Of a stretch of 64,000 nucleotides of DNA, positions 10,061 through 23,355 are shown one piece after another. The DNA lies in assembly GCA_038904015.1 (NCBI GenBank), contig JBCKKZ010000002.1:8369-72368 (forward strand). Reading direction: 5' to 3'. Position numbers and translations under genes: made by a program. This stretch comes from Burkholderiales bacterium. GTDB taxonomy: Bacteria; Pseudomonadota; Gammaproteobacteria; Burkholderiales; SG8-39. The notes below the pieces were generated by a model that saw only the letters and a list, made by a program, of their open reading frames with translations, was not told the origin of the DNA and searched no databases. Positions within the stretch are counted from its first letter, which is position 1; every line of letters begins with the position of its first letter.

Positions 10061-10091
10061 GGTTAACTCCTTCCTAAATTTCCGCACCGCG

Positions 10092-12017
<1,926 letters not shown>

Positions 12018-12044
12018 ATTCGGTTAGAAGCCAGCAAAGGCGTT

Positions 12045-12374
12045 TCAAGCAGAAGTGGCGCGGAGGGCGTTCCGGGTCTTCAGACTGTCGACGGCGTGCA
12101 CCAGGGGCGCGTCGCCCTGCATCAGGTGGGCGATTGCGCCGTACACCAGCCGCTGGCTATCGAGCATGCTCCTGCCGGCGAACGCGGGCGACGTCACTTC
12201 GATGCTGAAGTGTCCGCCGCCGCCGTTGACCGCGGCCCGTGAATTGGGGATCTGCTGCTCGATGGCCTCGCGCAGCGCGTCGGCCGACAGGCCGAGCTTG
12301 GGCGCGAGCATCTCGGCATCGAGGGTGATCTCGCCGTCTGCGATGGTGATCGCTGATGCGGGAACAGGACTCAT
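12045..12374 (-). CDS. BolA/IbaG-family protein with a DUF6522-like N-terminus
   Basis: GGGGHFSIEVTSPAFAGRSMLDSQRLVY...HAVDSLKT (BolA); N-terminus [23 protein letters not shown]. Confidence 0.75.
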   Translation of the reverse strand: MSPVPASAITIADGEITLDAEMLAPKLGLSADALREAIEQQIPNSRAAVNGGGGHFSIEVTSPAFAGRSMLDSQRLVYGAIAHLMQGDAPLVHAVDSLKTRNALRATSA

Positions 12375-12997
12375 CGCGGTGCGGCTCCGGCGACAGGGCC
12401 CTTCACCGTCATGGGCTTGCCCGGGACGAAGTTGATGCAGACCCCGTCAAGCTCTTCCAGAAGCAGCGGCTCGCTCGCGAACCCGCACGCATAGGGCGCC
12501 TGTCCCTCCCGGCTGCAGCCGTCGCCTTCCAGATGCTTACACGACGCGCAGGTGCCGAAGGGAGGTTTGCCTCTCTCCCACGCCACCTGGCCGAGCATGC
12601 GCTGCAAGGCGTTGGCGAAGTGTCCGCGGACGCCCGAGGGTAGGGCGTCCGCGGCACGGACCAGGGCTTCGAAGAGGTCGTTCACAAGAATGGCCGTGGC
12701 TTTGTCGGTCAGAACAAGCCGGACACTGCGCCGGTCGGCCTCTGAGCGCATGCGTGTCAGATAGCCTTGGGTTTCGAGGTTTTTGATCGTCTGCGACGCC
12801 GTGCCCCGGGTCGTGCCATGGAACGCGGCGAAGGCGGACGGGGTGCGCGAGAAGCGGTTGGCCCGCGCGAAGTATCTGAGCACAGCCCACTGGACTGCCG
12901 TCAGCCCCTCCACGAGCCCCTCGCCGGACGCTATGCGCCCCAAGTGCAAGACCAGCTCCGCGATGGCGCGACTGTCCATTTTCGGCTCCTTGATCAT
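12371..12997 (-). CDS. MarR-family regulator with Cys-rich C-terminal tail, copy 1
   Basis: GLTAVQWAVLRY...TRGTASQTIKNLETQGYLTRMRSEADRRSVRLVLT; tail CASCKH...C...C. Confidence 0.9.
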   Translation of the reverse strand: MIKEPKMDSRAIAELVLHLGRIASGEGLVEGLTAVQWAVLRYFARANRFSRTPSAFAAFHGTTRGTASQTIKNLETQGYLTRMRSEADRRSVRLVLTDKATAILVNDLFEALVRAADALPSGVRGHFANALQRMLGQVAWERGKPPFGTCASCKHLEGDGCSREGQAPYACGFASEPLLLEELDGVCINFVPGKPMTVKGPVAGAAPR

Positions 12998-13004
12998 GCG
13001 CAGA

Positions 13005-13056
13005 TAGTAGCGTTTAAAGATTATATTGACAAGAGGATGGTTTCGAATCGATACTA
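13005..13056. promoter_or_regulatory. Promoter with two putative MarR operators (copy 1)
   Basis: TTGACA 13026-13031, GATACT 13050-13055 (18-bp spacer); boxes TAGTAGC-N5-AAGATTA and TGGTTTC-N5-GATACTA; conserved at 24386-24437. Confidence 0.65.
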
Positions 13057-13143
13057 AAACAGCTTAGTTGCAATACTAAAGCGCGCTGACACGGACTACC
13101 TGAACACACCTCGGCTCACAATTCGCCTACTGCCTACATAATC

Positions 13144-13839
13144 ATGCGTTTAAGCATCTACCGCTACGACCCCGACAAGGACGCCAAGCCCTATATGCAG
13201 GACTACGACGTCCCGCTCGAGCAGTCCGACCGGATGCTGCTCGACGCCTTGGTCAAGGTCAAGGCGCAGGACGACAGCTTCTCCTTCCGGCGCTCGTGCC
13301 GCGAAGGCGTGTGCGGGTCGGACGCGATGAACATCAACGGCAAAAACGGGCTTGCCTGCATTATGCGCGTTGCCGACCTGAAGGAGCCCGTGGCAATCCG
13401 GCCGCTGCCCGGACTGCCGGTAATCCGCGACCTGATCGTGGACATGACGCAGTTCTTCAAGCAGTACGAGTCGATCAAGCCGTATGTCATCAATGACACG
13501 CCGCCGCCCGAACGCGAGCGGCTGCAGTCGCCCGAGGAGCGCGAGAAACTAGACGGCCTGTACGAGTGCATCCTGTGCGCCTGCTGCACGACCGCGTGCC
13601 CGTCGTTCTGGTGGAACCCGGACAAGTTCGTGGGGCCGGCGGGGCTGCTGATGGCCTATCGCTTCCTCGCCGATTCGCGCGACCAGGCCACCAGCGAGCG
13701 CCTCGACAATCTCGAGGATCCGTACCGGCTGTTCCGCTGCCATACCATCATGAATTGCGTCGATGTTTGTCCCAAGGGACTTAATCCGACCAAGGCGATC
13801 GGAAAGATCAAGGAGATGATGGTTCGGCGGATGGTGTGA
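13144..13839 (+). CDS. sdhB: Succinate dehydrogenase iron-sulfur subunit
   Basis: RRSCREGVCGSD, YECILCACCTTACPSFWWNPD, FRCHTIMNCVDVCPKGL. Confidence 0.97.
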   Translation: MRLSIYRYDPDKDAKPYMQDYDVPLEQSDRMLLDALVKVKAQDDSFSFRRSCREGVCGSDAMNINGKNGLACIMRVADLKEPVAIRPLPGLPVIRDLIVDMTQFFKQYESIKPYVINDTPPPERERLQSPEEREKLDGLYECILCACCTTACPSFWWNPDKFVGPAGLLMAYRFLADSRDQATSERLDNLEDPYRLFRCHTIMNCVDVCPKGLNPTKAIGKIKEMMVRRMV

Positions 13840-13841
13840 GA

Positions 13842-13946
13842 ATGGACCGCGTCGCGCGCGAGAAGCTGAAATGGAAGTGCCGCCGGGGGCTGCTCGAGTT
13901 CGACCTCGTGCTCGCGCGCTACATGGAGCGGCACGCAACGGGCTGA
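13842..13946 (+). pseudogene. sdhE: sdhE 5' stub (34 aa)
   Basis: MDRVAREKLKWKCRRGLLEFDLVLARYMERHATG*; RRGxLE motif, truncated. Confidence 0.8.
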
Positions 13947-14000
13947 CTGACGGCTCGCGTTTTCCGACAGGCCAGCGATCTTTAACTTAGAGGAAAAGAA

Positions 14001-15200
14001 ATGGCTAAGGTTGTTTGTGTACTCTACGACGATCCAGTAACGGGTTACCCCAAGTCTTATGCGCGGGATGATCTGCCCAAACTGGAGCGTTACCCCGATG
14101 GCCAGACCCTGCCCTCGCCAAAGGCCATTGACTTCCAGCCAGGCACCCTGCTTGGCAGCGTCTCCGGCGAACTGGGTCTGCGCAAGTACCTGGAGTCCAA
14201 CGGCCATCAACTGGTCGTGACCTCCAGCAAGGACGGCGCCGACAGCGTCTTGGACCGCGAATTGCACGATGCCGAGATCGTGATCTCACAGCCATTCTGG
14301 CCGGCCTATATGACGGCAGGACGCATCGCCAAGGCGCCCAAGCTCAAGATGATCGTGACGGCGGGCATTGGCTCGGACCATACCGACCTGCAGGCCGCCA
14401 TGGACCGGGGCATCACGGTCGCCGAAGTTACCTACTGCAACAGCAACAGCGTGGCAGAGCACGTTGTGATGATGACGCTTGCTTTGGTACGCAACTACAT
14501 CCCGTCATACAACTGGGTAATCAAAGGTGGCTGGAATATTGCCGACTGTGTTGCACGCTCCTACGACCTCGAAGGCATGAACGTGGGCACCGTGGCCGCC
14601 GGTCGCATCGGCCTACGCGTGCTGCGCCTGCTGAAGCCCTATGACGTGAAGCTGCACTACATGGATCGCCACCGCTTGCCGGAGGCCGTCGAGAAGGAGC
14701 TGAACCTCACTCACCACACCAGCCTCGACAGCCTGACCAAAGTATGCGACGTGGTCACGCTCAATTGCCCGCTTTACCCAGAGACGGAGCACATGATCAA
14801 TGCGCAGTCGCTGAAGAACTTCAAGCGCGGCGCCTACCTGATCAACACCGCACGCGGCAAGTTGTGCGACCGCGATGCCATTGCGGCGGCGCTGGAGAGC
14901 GGCCAGCTCGCCGGCTATGCAGGCGACGTGTGGTTCCCCCAGCCACCTCCGGCGGACCATCCGTGGCGGACCATGCCCCACCACGGCATGACACCCCACA
15001 TCTCAGGCACCAGCCTACCCGCCCAGGCACGCTATGCCGCTGGTACGCGCGAGATTCTGGAGTGCTACTTTGAGCAGCGCCCCATCCGCAACGAGTACCT
15101 TATCGTACAAGGCGGCAAGCTGGCCGGCGTCGGTGCACACTCCTACAGCGCTGGCAACGCCACTGCTGGCTCGGAGGAGGCGGAACGGTATAAGGGATAG
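14001..15200 (+). CDS. fdh: NAD-dependent (metal-free) formate dehydrogenase
   Basis: MAKVVCVLYDDP, LLGSVSGELGLRKYLE, SQPFWPAY, AAGRIG, GDVWFPQP, MTPHISG. Confidence 0.95.
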   Translation: MAKVVCVLYDDPVTGYPKSYARDDLPKLERYPDGQTLPSPKAIDFQPGTLLGSVSGELGLRKYLESNGHQLVVTSSKDGADSVLDRELHDAEIVISQPFWPAYMTAGRIAKAPKLKMIVTAGIGSDHTDLQAAMDRGITVAEVTYCNSNSVAEHVVMMTLALVRNYIPSYNWVIKGGWNIADCVARSYDLEGMNVGTVAAGRIGLRVLRLLKPYDVKLHYMDRHRLPEAVEKELNLTHHTSLDSLTKVCDVVTLNCPLYPETEHMINAQSLKNFKRGAYLINTARGKLCDRDAIAAALESGQLAGYAGDVWFPQPPPADHPWRTMPHHGMTPHISGTSLPAQARYAAGTREILECYFEQRPIRNEYLIVQGGKLAGVGAHSYSAGNATAGSEEAERYKG

Positions 15201-15302
15201 GGCTTCTGGACTGCGGGGCCTGTCGTCGCTGCGCAGCGGTCACGCCAACGTCAAAAAGGGTTCGGCGATCGCTGAGACTTGCCCGCTTAGTACTCAACAT
15301 TT

Positions 15303-16952
15303 TTACATATTTGGGTAATTCGGTCCGCCGCCGCCTTCGGGCGTGACCCAAACGATGTTCTGCGTCGGATCCTTGATATCGCAGGCCTTGCAGTGCACGC
15401 AGTTCTGCGCGTTGATCTGCAGCCGCGGATTCGAGCCGTCATCGTTGCGCACGATTTCGTAGACCCCGGCCGGGCAGTAGCGCTGCTCCGGCGCGTCGTA
15501 CAACTCCAGGTTGACGTTGACCGGCACCGACGCATCTTTCAGCGTCAGATGGCATGGCTGGTTTTCGCCGTGGTTGGTGTTCGAGATGAATACCGACGAC
15601 AGCAGGTCGAACGTGAGCATGCCGTCGGGCTTGGGATAGGCGATCGGCTGGGCTTCGGTTTTTTTCCTCAGTGTTTCATTATCCGCGTGCTGGTGATGCA
15701 GCGTCCACGGCGCCCGCCCGCCGAGCACGATCTGGTCGATGCCGAACATCAGGGAGCCGGTGTAGAGCCCCTTGCTCATCCACGGCTTGAAGTTGCGCGC
15801 TTTGTGCAGCTCATCGTAAAGCCAGCTGCTTTTGAATGACTCGGGATAGCTCGCGAGCTCATCGCTCGCGCGTCCCGCCTTGACCGCTGCGAACGCCGAC
15901 TCCGCGGCGAGCATGCCGGACTTGATCGCGCAGTGGATGCCTTTGATGCGCGCGGCGTTCAGGAAGCCGGCGTCGTCGCCGATCAGGCAGCCGCCCGGGA
16001 AAGTCAGCTCGGGCAGCGATTGCAGCCCGCCGGCGGCGATTGCGCGCGCCCCGTAGACGATGCGCTTGCCGCCTTCGAGAAAGATGCGGATCGCCGGATG
16101 GGTCTTGTAACGCTGGAATTCCTCGTAGGGGCTCAGGTAGGGGTTGGTGTAGCCGAGCCCGACCACATAGCCGATCGCGACCAGGTTGTTTTCCATGTGG
16201 TACAGAAACGAGCCGCCGTAGGTGTCGCTGGCTAGCGGCCAGCCGGCGGTGTGGATCACGAGGCCAAGCTGGTGTTTCTCCGGCTTGATTTCCCACAGCT
16301 CCTTGAGCCCGATGCCATAGACCTGCGGGTCCGCGCCGTCACGCAATTTGTAACGCTCCTGCAACTGCTTGCCGAGGTGGCCGCGGCAGCCTTCGGCGAA
16401 AAACGTGTATTTCGCATGCAATTCCATGCCGGGCTGATACGCATCGGTCGGCTTGCCGTCTTTGCCCACACCCATATCGCCGGTCGCCACACCCTTGACG
16501 CTGCCGTGATCGTTGTAGAGAACTGCCGCGGCCGCGAATCCGGGAAAGATTTCGACACCCAGCGTTTCAGCCTGCTGCCCGAGCCAGCGGCACACGTTGC
16601 CGAGGCTGATGACGTAATTACCGTGGTTCTGGAAGCATTGCGGCAGCAGGAGATTCGGCACCTTGAACGCCGATTTTTCGGTCAGCAGCAGGAAGCGGTC
16701 CTCACTCACCGGCGCGTTCAGCGGCGCGTTGAGTTCCTGCCAGTTCGGGAACAGTTCGGCGAGTGCGCGCGGGTCCATTACCGCGCCGGACAGGATGTGC
16801 GCGCCGACCTCCGAGCCTTTCTCGACGATGCATACGCTGACCTCGTGTCCGCGTTCGATGGCAAGCTGCTTCAGGCGGATCGCCGCGGCGAGGCCGGCGG
16901 GGCCTGCGCCCACCACGACTACGTCATATTGCATCGATTCACGTTCAGCCAA
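15303..16952 (-). CDS. Electron-transfer flavoprotein:ubiquinone oxidoreductase
   Basis: VVGAGPAGL, EKGSEVGAHILSGA, RYCPAGVYE, NCVHCKACDIKDP, PEGGGGPNY. Confidence 0.95.
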   Translation of the reverse strand: MAERESMQYDVVVVGAGPAGLAAAIRLKQLAIERGHEVSVCIVEKGSEVGAHILSGAVMDPRALAELFPNWQELNAPLNAPVSEDRFLLLTEKSAFKVPNLLLPQCFQNHGNYVISLGNVCRWLGQQAETLGVEIFPGFAAAAVLYNDHGSVKGVATGDMGVGKDGKPTDAYQPGMELHAKYTFFAEGCRGHLGKQLQERYKLRDGADPQVYGIGLKELWEIKPEKHQLGLVIHTAGWPLASDTYGGSFLYHMENNLVAIGYVVGLGYTNPYLSPYEEFQRYKTHPAIRIFLEGGKRIVYGARAIAAGGLQSLPELTFPGGCLIGDDAGFLNAARIKGIHCAIKSGMLAAESAFAAVKAGRASDELASYPESFKSSWLYDELHKARNFKPWMSKGLYTGSLMFGIDQIVLGGRAPWTLHHQHADNETLRKKTEAQPIAYPKPDGMLTFDLLSSVFISNTNHGENQPCHLTLKDASVPVNVNLELYDAPEQRYCPAGVYEIVRNDDGSNPRLQINAQNCVHCKACDIKDPTQNIVWVTPEGGGGPNYPNM

Positions 16953-17041
16953 TTTTCAACCCTTTTCTAGCCGCCAATGGCTACAAGGGCCACTAGGGAC
17001 GCCAAGGACGTCAAGCAAATAAATTTTGTAGCCATCCGATT

Positions 17042-18505
17042 TCAGCGTGGCAAATCAGAGCAACCCATCAAAAACTCATCCGCCGCACGCGCGGCCTGGC
17101 GACCCTCACGGATTGCCCATACCACCAGAGACTGGCCGCGCCGCATGTCCCCCGCGGCGAATACTTTGTCGACCGAAGTCTGGTAGCAACCGTCGCCATC
17201 GGTGCTTGCTTTGGCGTTGCCGCGCGCATCTTTTTCGACAGCGAACGCATCCAGCACTTGCGCCACCGGCGACACAAAACCCATCGCCAGCAATACCAAA
17301 TCCGCTTTCATTTCGAATTCGGAATTCGGTACCTCCTGCATCTTGCCGTCTTTCCATTCGACGCGGGCCGCAATCAGCTTCTCGACCTTGCCGCCCTTGC
17401 CTTCGAAACGCTTGGTCGCGACCGCCCAATCGCGCTCGCAACCCTCTTCTTGTGACGAGGAGGTGCGCAACTTGATCGGCCAGTACGGCCATACCAGCGG
17501 CTTATTCTCTTGCTCCGGCGGTTGCGGCATCAGCTCAAATTGGGCAAGGCTGGCAGTGCCATGGCGGTTGCATGTGCCCACGCAGTCTGAGCCGGTATCG
17601 CCACCGCCGATAACAACCACGTGCTTGCCGCTCGCCATGATCTGGTCCTTGAGCTTGTCACCTGCATCCACCTGGTTTTGCTGCAGCAGGAATTCCATCG
17701 CAAAATGGATGCCTTTCAGCTCACGACCAGGTACCGGCAGGTCGCGCGGCAATTCAGCACCGCCGGCGAGGATGAAGGCATCGAATTCTTTATCGAGTTG
17801 CTCGGGCGAGATGGTTTCTGTGGCCCAGTTGGTGACGTTGGACGGGAAATCTTTGCCGATCAACACGCTGGTACGGAAGCGCACGCCTTCGGCTTGCATC
17901 TGCTCGACGCGGCGGTCGATATGCGACTTTTCCATCTTGAAGCCCGGAATGCCGTAACGCAGCAAACCGCCAACCCGATCGTTTTTCTCGAACACAGTCA
18001 GGTCGTGACCAACACGCGCGAGTTGCTGGGCTGCAGCCAGACCAGCAGGGCCGGATCCAACCACAGCAATTTTTTTACCCGTCTTGAAGGCGGCCGGTTG
18101 CGGCATAACCCAGCCGTTTTCCCAGCCCTTATCGATGATGAGACGCTCGATTGATTTGATGCCAACCGCGTCGTTGTTGATGGCAAGCACACAGGCAGAT
18201 TCGCACGGTGCCGGGCAGATGCGGCCGGTGAATTCGGGGAAGTTGTTGGTCGAATGCAGCGTCTCTAACGCTGCGCGATAATTGCCGCTATAAACCAGGT
18301 CGTTCCAGTCGGGGATGATGTTATTGACCGGGCAACCGGTCATGCAAAACGGCGTGCCGCAATCCATACAGCGCGCAGCCTCTGTTTTCGCTTGTTCATC
18401 GTTCAACTGCAGGATGAACTCTTTGTAGTTCTTGACGCGTGAAGCGGCCGGTAAATACGATTCTTTCTGACGCTGAAATTCCATAAAGCCGGTTACTTTT
18501 CCCAT
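17042..18505 (-). CDS. gltD: Glutamate synthase small subunit
   Basis: [50 protein letters not shown]. Confidence 0.95.
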   Translation of the reverse strand: MGKVTGFMEFQRQKESYLPAASRVKNYKEFILQLNDEQAKTEAARCMDCGTPFCMTGCPVNNIIPDWNDLVYSGNYRAALETLHSTNNFPEFTGRICPAPCESACVLAINNDAVGIKSIERLIIDKGWENGWVMPQPAAFKTGKKIAVVGSGPAGLAAAQQLARVGHDLTVFEKNDRVGGLLRYGIPGFKMEKSHIDRRVEQMQAEGVRFRTSVLIGKDFPSNVTNWATETISPEQLDKEFDAFILAGGAELPRDLPVPGRELKGIHFAMEFLLQQNQVDAGDKLKDQIMASGKHVVVIGGGDTGSDCVGTCNRHGTASLAQFELMPQPPEQENKPLVWPYWPIKLRTSSSQEEGCERDWAVATKRFEGKGGKVEKLIAARVEWKDGKMQEVPNSEFEMKADLVLLAMGFVSPVAQVLDAFAVEKDARGNAKASTDGDGCYQTSVDKVFAAGDMRRGQSLVVWAIREGRQAARAADEFLMGCSDLPR

Positions 18506-18506
18506 T

Positions 18507-21500
18507 TTATGCTGCGATTTGTTCTTTCTGCTGACTAGCCATTTGCGCCGCATTCATCTCACCCAATGCGCGCTTGTACTCGTTCGGGAAGACTTTGATA
18601 AATTTGTTGCGGCCATTGGACCAGTCTTCCAGCAAGTTGCGCGCGCGCGTGCTGCCGGTGTACTTGAAATGGCGCTCAATCAGGCGTTTTAGAATCGCCT
18701 CGTCGGTCTCACTTTGGTCGCCACGCAGCTGGCTATGCCAGATCGAGCGAGCGACTTTAGCTTCTTGCTCAGCGCGCGCGAGGACAGGTTCCAGCGTAAC
18801 CATCGCCTTATTGCATTTTTTGGCGAAATCGCCGTCAGGGTCATACACGTAAGCGATACCGCCCGACATACCGGCGGCAAAGTTACGGCCGGTTTCTCCC
18901 AACACCACCACGGTGCCGCCAGTCATGTATTCGCAACCATGGTCGCCGACGCCTTCAACCACCGTGATGGCGCCGGAATTGCGCACCGCGAAGCGCTCGC
19001 CGGCGACGCCGTTAAAAAATGCCTCACCGGCAATCGCGCCGTATAACACGGTGTTGCCGATGATGATGTTGTCGACTGCCGAACCGCGAAACTCTGTATT
19101 CGGACGGACGATAATGCGCCCGCCCGACAAACCCTTGCCGACGTAATCATTGCCTTCGCCGACTAGATCCAGCGTGATGCCATGCGCCAGGAACGCGCCG
19201 GCCGATTGGCCTGCGGTGCCTAGCAACTGGATGTGGATGGTGTCGTCGGGCAAGCCTTCGTGACCGTATTTTTTTGCAACGATGCCAGACAGCATGGTGC
19301 CGACCGTGCGGTTGACGTTCCTGACCGGCAAAATGAATGAGACTTTTTCGCCTTTTTCGAGCGCCGCTTTCGCTTGCGCGATCAGCTTATGGTCGAGTGC
19401 TTTTTCCAGGCCGTGGTCTTGCTCTTCCACTTGATAACGCGCTACGGAAGCAGGCACTTCCGGCTGATAGAAAATTTTGCTGAAATCAAGTCCCTTGGCT
19501 TTCCAGTGTGAAATCGCTTTCGACTTGTCGAGCAAGTCGACGCGGCCGATCAAGTCATCAAACGTGCGGATGCCTAGTTGCGCCATCAACTGCCGCGCTT
19601 CCTCGGCGACGAAGAAGAAATAGTTGACCACGTGTTCCGGCTTGCCGGAGAACTTGGCGCGCAGCACCGGGTCTTGTGTCGCGATGCCGACCGAGCAAGT
19701 ATTGAGGTGGCATTTGCGCAACATGATGCAGCCTTCAACCACCAGCGGCGCGGTCGCAAAACCGATCTCGTCCGCGCCCAGCATAGCTGCGATCACGACA
19801 TCGCGGCCGGTCTTCATTTGGCCATCGGCTTGTACCCGGATGCGGCCGCGCAAACCGTTCAGTACCAGCGTTTGCTGGGTTTCGGCCAAGCCCAATTCCC
19901 ACGGCGTTCCCGCATGTTTGAGCGAAGACAAAGGCGAGGCGCCGGTGCCGCCGTCATGGCCGGCGATCACCACGTGATCGGCCTTGGCCTTGGTGACGCC
20001 GACCGCGACCGTGCCAACCCCGACTTCGGACACCAACTTGACGGAGATCGACGCTCTTGGATTTGCATTTTTCAAATCGTGAATCAGCTGCGCCAAGTCT
20101 TCGATCGAATAAATATCATGATGCGGCGGCGGCGAAATCAAGCCCACGCCCGGCACCGAGAAACGCAATCTGGCGATATATTCAGACACCTTGTAGCCCG
20201 GCAACTGCCCGCCTTCGCCCGGCTTGGCGCCTTGCGCCATCTTGATCTGGATTTGATCGGCGGAATTCAAATACGCTGCTGTCACGCCGAAGCGGCCCGC
20301 CGCGACTTGCTTGATCCTGGAACGCACCGAATCGCCATCTTGCAAGGCAATATCGACTTCAATCTGGTCACGGCCGATGACGGATGCTATGGTCTCGCCC
20401 TGCTTGATCGGGATGCCTTTCATCTCCTGGCGATAGCGGCTCGGATCTTCACCGCCTTCGCCGGTGTTGGACTTGCCGCCGATGCGGTTCATCGCGACCG
20501 CCAGCGTGGCGTGCGCCTCGGTGCTGATCGAGCCAAGCGACATTGCGCCGGTGGCGAAGCGCTTGACGATTTCTTTCGCCGGCTCGACTTCATCCAGCGC
20601 AATCGCCTTGGACGGGTCCAGCTTGAATTCAAACAAACCGCGCAGGGTCAGGTGCCGCTTGCTTTGGTCGTTGATGATCTGCGCATACTCTTTGTAGGTG
20701 CTGAAATTGTTGGATCGGGTCGAATGCTGCAGCTTGGCAATCGCATCCGGCGTCCACATGTGCTCTTCGCCGCGCACGCGGAACTCGTATTCGCCACCGG
20801 CATCGAGCGCATGCGCCAGCACCGGGTCGTTGCCGAAGGCTTGCTGGTGCAGACGCAACGCCTCTTCTGCCACTTCGAATACGCCGATGCCTTCGATATT
20901 GGACGCAGTGCCTTTGAAGTACTTGTCCATCAGCGATTTATTCAAGCCGATCGCTTCGAAAATCTGCGCGCCGCAGTACGACATGTAAGTCGAAATGCCC
21001 ATTTTCGACATCACCTTCAGCAAGCCCTTGTCGAGCGCTTTCTGGAAATTGGTGATGGCTTTTTCCGGCGACAAATCGCCGGGCAATCTGTTGGCCATGT
21101 CCGCCAGCGTATCCATTGCCAGATACGGGTGGATCGCTTCCGCGCCGAAACCAGCGAGCAGCGCGAAATGATGCGTTTCACGGGCAGAACCGGTTTCCAC
21201 CACCAAGCCGGTCGACGTGCGAAAACCCTTGCTGACCAGATGCAAATGGATTGCCGACGTCGCGAGCAAGGCCGGGATCGCCACTTGCTCGGCGTCCACC
21301 TTGCGGTCGGACACGATCAGGATGTTGTGGCCTGCTTTGACCGCATCCACCGCTTTCGCACACAGCGATGCCAGGCGCACTTCCATGCCTTCTTTACCCC
21401 AGGCCACCGGATAGCAAATATTCAGTTCATGCGATTTGAACTTGCCGCCGGTGTGGGCGCTGATGTTGCGCAGTTTGGCGATGTCTGCATAGTCCAGAAT

Positions 21501-23249
21501 CGGCTGCGACACTTCCAAGCGCATCGGCGGATTGAGGTTATGGGTGTCGAGCAGGTTCGGCCTGGGGCCGATGAAGGACACCAGCGACATCACCATCGCT
21601 TCGCGGATCGGATCGATCGGCGGGTTGGTCACTTGCGCGAACATCTGCTTGAAGTAGTGATACAACGGTTTGAGCTTGTTGGACATCACTGCCAGCGGCG
21701 AGTCGTTGCCCATTGAGCCAGTCGCTTCTTCGGCATTCAGCGCCATCGGCGACATCAGTACCTTGAGATCTTCTTGTGTGTAGCCGAATGCCTGCTGACG
21801 GTCGAGCAAGGATGTGGTGGTTTTTTCTGCCGATGTCCGCGTCTTGATGTCATCGAGCTTAATTTCGTTGAGCTTAATACGCACAGAATCGATCCACGCC
21901 TTGTAAGGCTTGGCGTTGGCGTAGGTATCTTTGATTTCCTTGTCATCGATGATGCGACCGGCTTCGAGGTCGATCAGGAACATCTTGCCCGGTTGCAGAC
22001 GCCATTTCTTGATGATCTTGGATTCCGGAATCGGCAACACGCCGGATTCGGATGCCATCACCACCAAGTCGTCATCGGTTACGATATAACGCGCGGGACG
22101 CAAGCCGTTGCGATCCAGGGTGCCACCGATGTAACGACCATCGGTGAACGCTATCGCGGCGGGGCCATCCCACGGCTCCATCATCGCGGCGTGATATTCG
22201 TAGAAGGCGCGGCGGTTGTCGTCCATCAAGGTGTGGTTTTCCCATGCTTCCGGGATCATCATCATCATCGCTTGCGCGATCGGATAGCCTGCCATCAGCA
22301 GCAGTTCAAGCGCGTTATCGAAGCACGCGGTGTCGGACTGGCCTTCGTAAATCAGCGGGAACAATTTTTGCAAATCGTCGCCTAGCACGGCGGATTTCAT
22401 CACGCCTTCACGCGCGCGCATCCAGTTGAAATTGCCCTTGACAGTATTGATCTCGCCGTTGTGGGCGATCAGGCGATAGGGGTGGGCCAGCGGCCATTCC
22501 GGGAAGGTATTGGTCGAGAAGCGTTGATGCACCAGTGCCAATGCGGAAACGCAGCGCGCATCCTGCAAGTCTTCGTAATAGACGCCGACTTGATCCGCCA
22601 GCAGCAAACCCTTGTAGACAATGGTACGGGCCGACATCGACGGCACGAAAAATTCCTTGCCGTGGATCAAATTTAGCGCCCGGATCGCGTGACCGGAAGA
22701 CTTGCGAATCACGTACAGTTTACGTTCCAGCGCGTCGGTCACCATGATGTCTGGACCGCGACCTATGTAGATCTGGCGGATTACCGGCTCTTTTTCACGC
22801 ACCGTGGGCGACATAGGCATCTCGGTGTCGATCGGCACGTTGCGCCAACCCAGCACGACCTGGCCTTCGGCGCGCACCGCACGTTCTATCTCTTGCTCAC
22901 ACGCGATGCGGGATGCGTTTTCTTTCGGTAAAAAAATCATGCCAACGCCATATTCTCCGGGCGGCGGCAGTTCGACACCCTGCTTGGCCATCTCTTCGCG
23001 ATAGTACTGATCCGGCAGCTGAATCAGAATGCCCGCGCCGTCGCCCATCAACTTGTCGGCACCGACCGCGCCGCGATGGGCGAGATTCTTCAGGATGAGC
23101 AAGCCTTGCTCAACGATCGAATGACTTTTATTGCCTTTAATATGGGCGATGAAACCGATGCCGCAGGCATCATGCTCGTTGGCGGGGTTGTACAGGCCGT
23201 GTTGCTGGAGGTGTTGAATTTCGGCTTCGATGCCGTGCTTGTGCTCCAT
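18507..23249 (-). CDS. gltB: Glutamate synthase large subunit
   Basis: [50 protein letters not shown]; start at MEHKHG, preceded by AGAGGA. Confidence 0.97.
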   Translation of the reverse strand: MEHKHGIEAEIQHLQQHGLYNPANEHDACGIGFIAHIKGNKSHSIVEQGLLILKNLAHRGAVGADKLMGDGAGILIQLPDQYYREEMAKQGVELPPPGEYGVGMIFLPKENASRIACEQEIERAVRAEGQVVLGWRNVPIDTEMPMSPTVREKEPVIRQIYIGRGPDIMVTDALERKLYVIRKSSGHAIRALNLIHGKEFFVPSMSARTIVYKGLLLADQVGVYYEDLQDARCVSALALVHQRFSTNTFPEWPLAHPYRLIAHNGEINTVKGNFNWMRAREGVMKSAVLGDDLQKLFPLIYEGQSDTACFDNALELLLMAGYPIAQAMMMMIPEAWENHTLMDDNRRAFYEYHAAMMEPWDGPAAIAFTDGRYIGGTLDRNGLRPARYIVTDDDLVVMASESGVLPIPESKIIKKWRLQPGKMFLIDLEAGRIIDDKEIKDTYANAKPYKAWIDSVRIKLNEIKLDDIKTRTSAEKTTTSLLDRQQAFGYTQEDLKVLMSPMALNAEEATGSMGNDSPLAVMSNKLKPLYHYFKQMFAQVTNPPIDPIREAMVMSLVSFIGPRPNLLDTHNLNPPMRLEVSQPILDYADIAKLRNISAHTGGKFKSHELNICYPVAWGKEGMEVRLASLCAKAVDAVKAGHNILIVSDRKVDAEQVAIPALLATSAIHLHLVSKGFRTSTGLVVETGSARETHHFALLAGFGAEAIHPYLAMDTLADMANRLPGDLSPEKAITNFQKALDKGLLKVMSKMGISTYMSYCGAQIFEAIGLNKSLMDKYFKGTASNIEGIGVFEVAEEALRLHQQAFGNDPVLAHALDAGGEYEFRVRGEEHMWTPDAIAKLQHSTRSNNFSTYKEYAQIINDQSKRHLTLRGLFEFKLDPSKAIALDEVEPAKEIVKRFATGAMSLGSISTEAHATLAVAMNRIGGKSNTGEGGEDPSRYRQEMKGIPIKQGETIASVIGRDQIEVDIALQDGDSVRSRIKQVAAGRFGVTAAYLNSADQIQIKMAQGAKPGEGGQLPGYKVSEYIARLRFSVPGVGLISPPPHHDIYSIEDLAQLIHDLKNANPRASISVKLVSEVGVGTVAVGVTKAKADHVVIAGHDGGTGASPLSSLKHAGTPWELGLAETQQTLVLNGLRGRIRVQADGQMKTGRDVVIAAMLGADEIGFATAPLVVEGCIMLRKCHLNTCSVGIATQDPVLRAKFSGKPEHVVNYFFFVAEEARQLMAQLGIRTFDDLIGRVDLLDKSKAISHWKAKGLDFSKIFYQPEVPASVARYQVEEQDHGLEKALDHKLIAQAKAALEKGEKVSFILPVRNVNRTVGTMLSGIVAKKYGHEGLPDDTIHIQLLGTAGQSAGAFLAHGITLDLVGEGNDYVGKGLSGGRIIVRPNTEFRGSAVDNIIIGNTVLYGAIAGEAFFNGVAGERFAVRNSGAITVVEGVGDHGCEYMTGGTVVVLGETGRNFAAGMSGGIAYVYDPDGDFAKKCNKAMVTLEPVLARAEQEAKVARSIWHSQLRGDQSETDEAILKRLIERHFKYTGSTRARNLLEDWSNGRNKFIKVFPNEYKRALGEMNAAQMASQQKEQIAA

Positions 23250-23355
23250 AGCGCATTCCTCTATTTTTCGCAGGGCAGATAATGAAAAAGTCCTATCACC
23301 TTCCTCTATCTGCGTGGCAACACCATGCAATCTGCTTTCAGCGAACCATTCTCCA

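Noticed and set aside
19578-21716. 712-aa plus-strand ORF (and similar long ORFs at 35720-38002, 27533-28828, 39380-40609, 48166-49368)
   Set aside because: Antisense shadows of clear genes in GC-rich DNA, with no motifs
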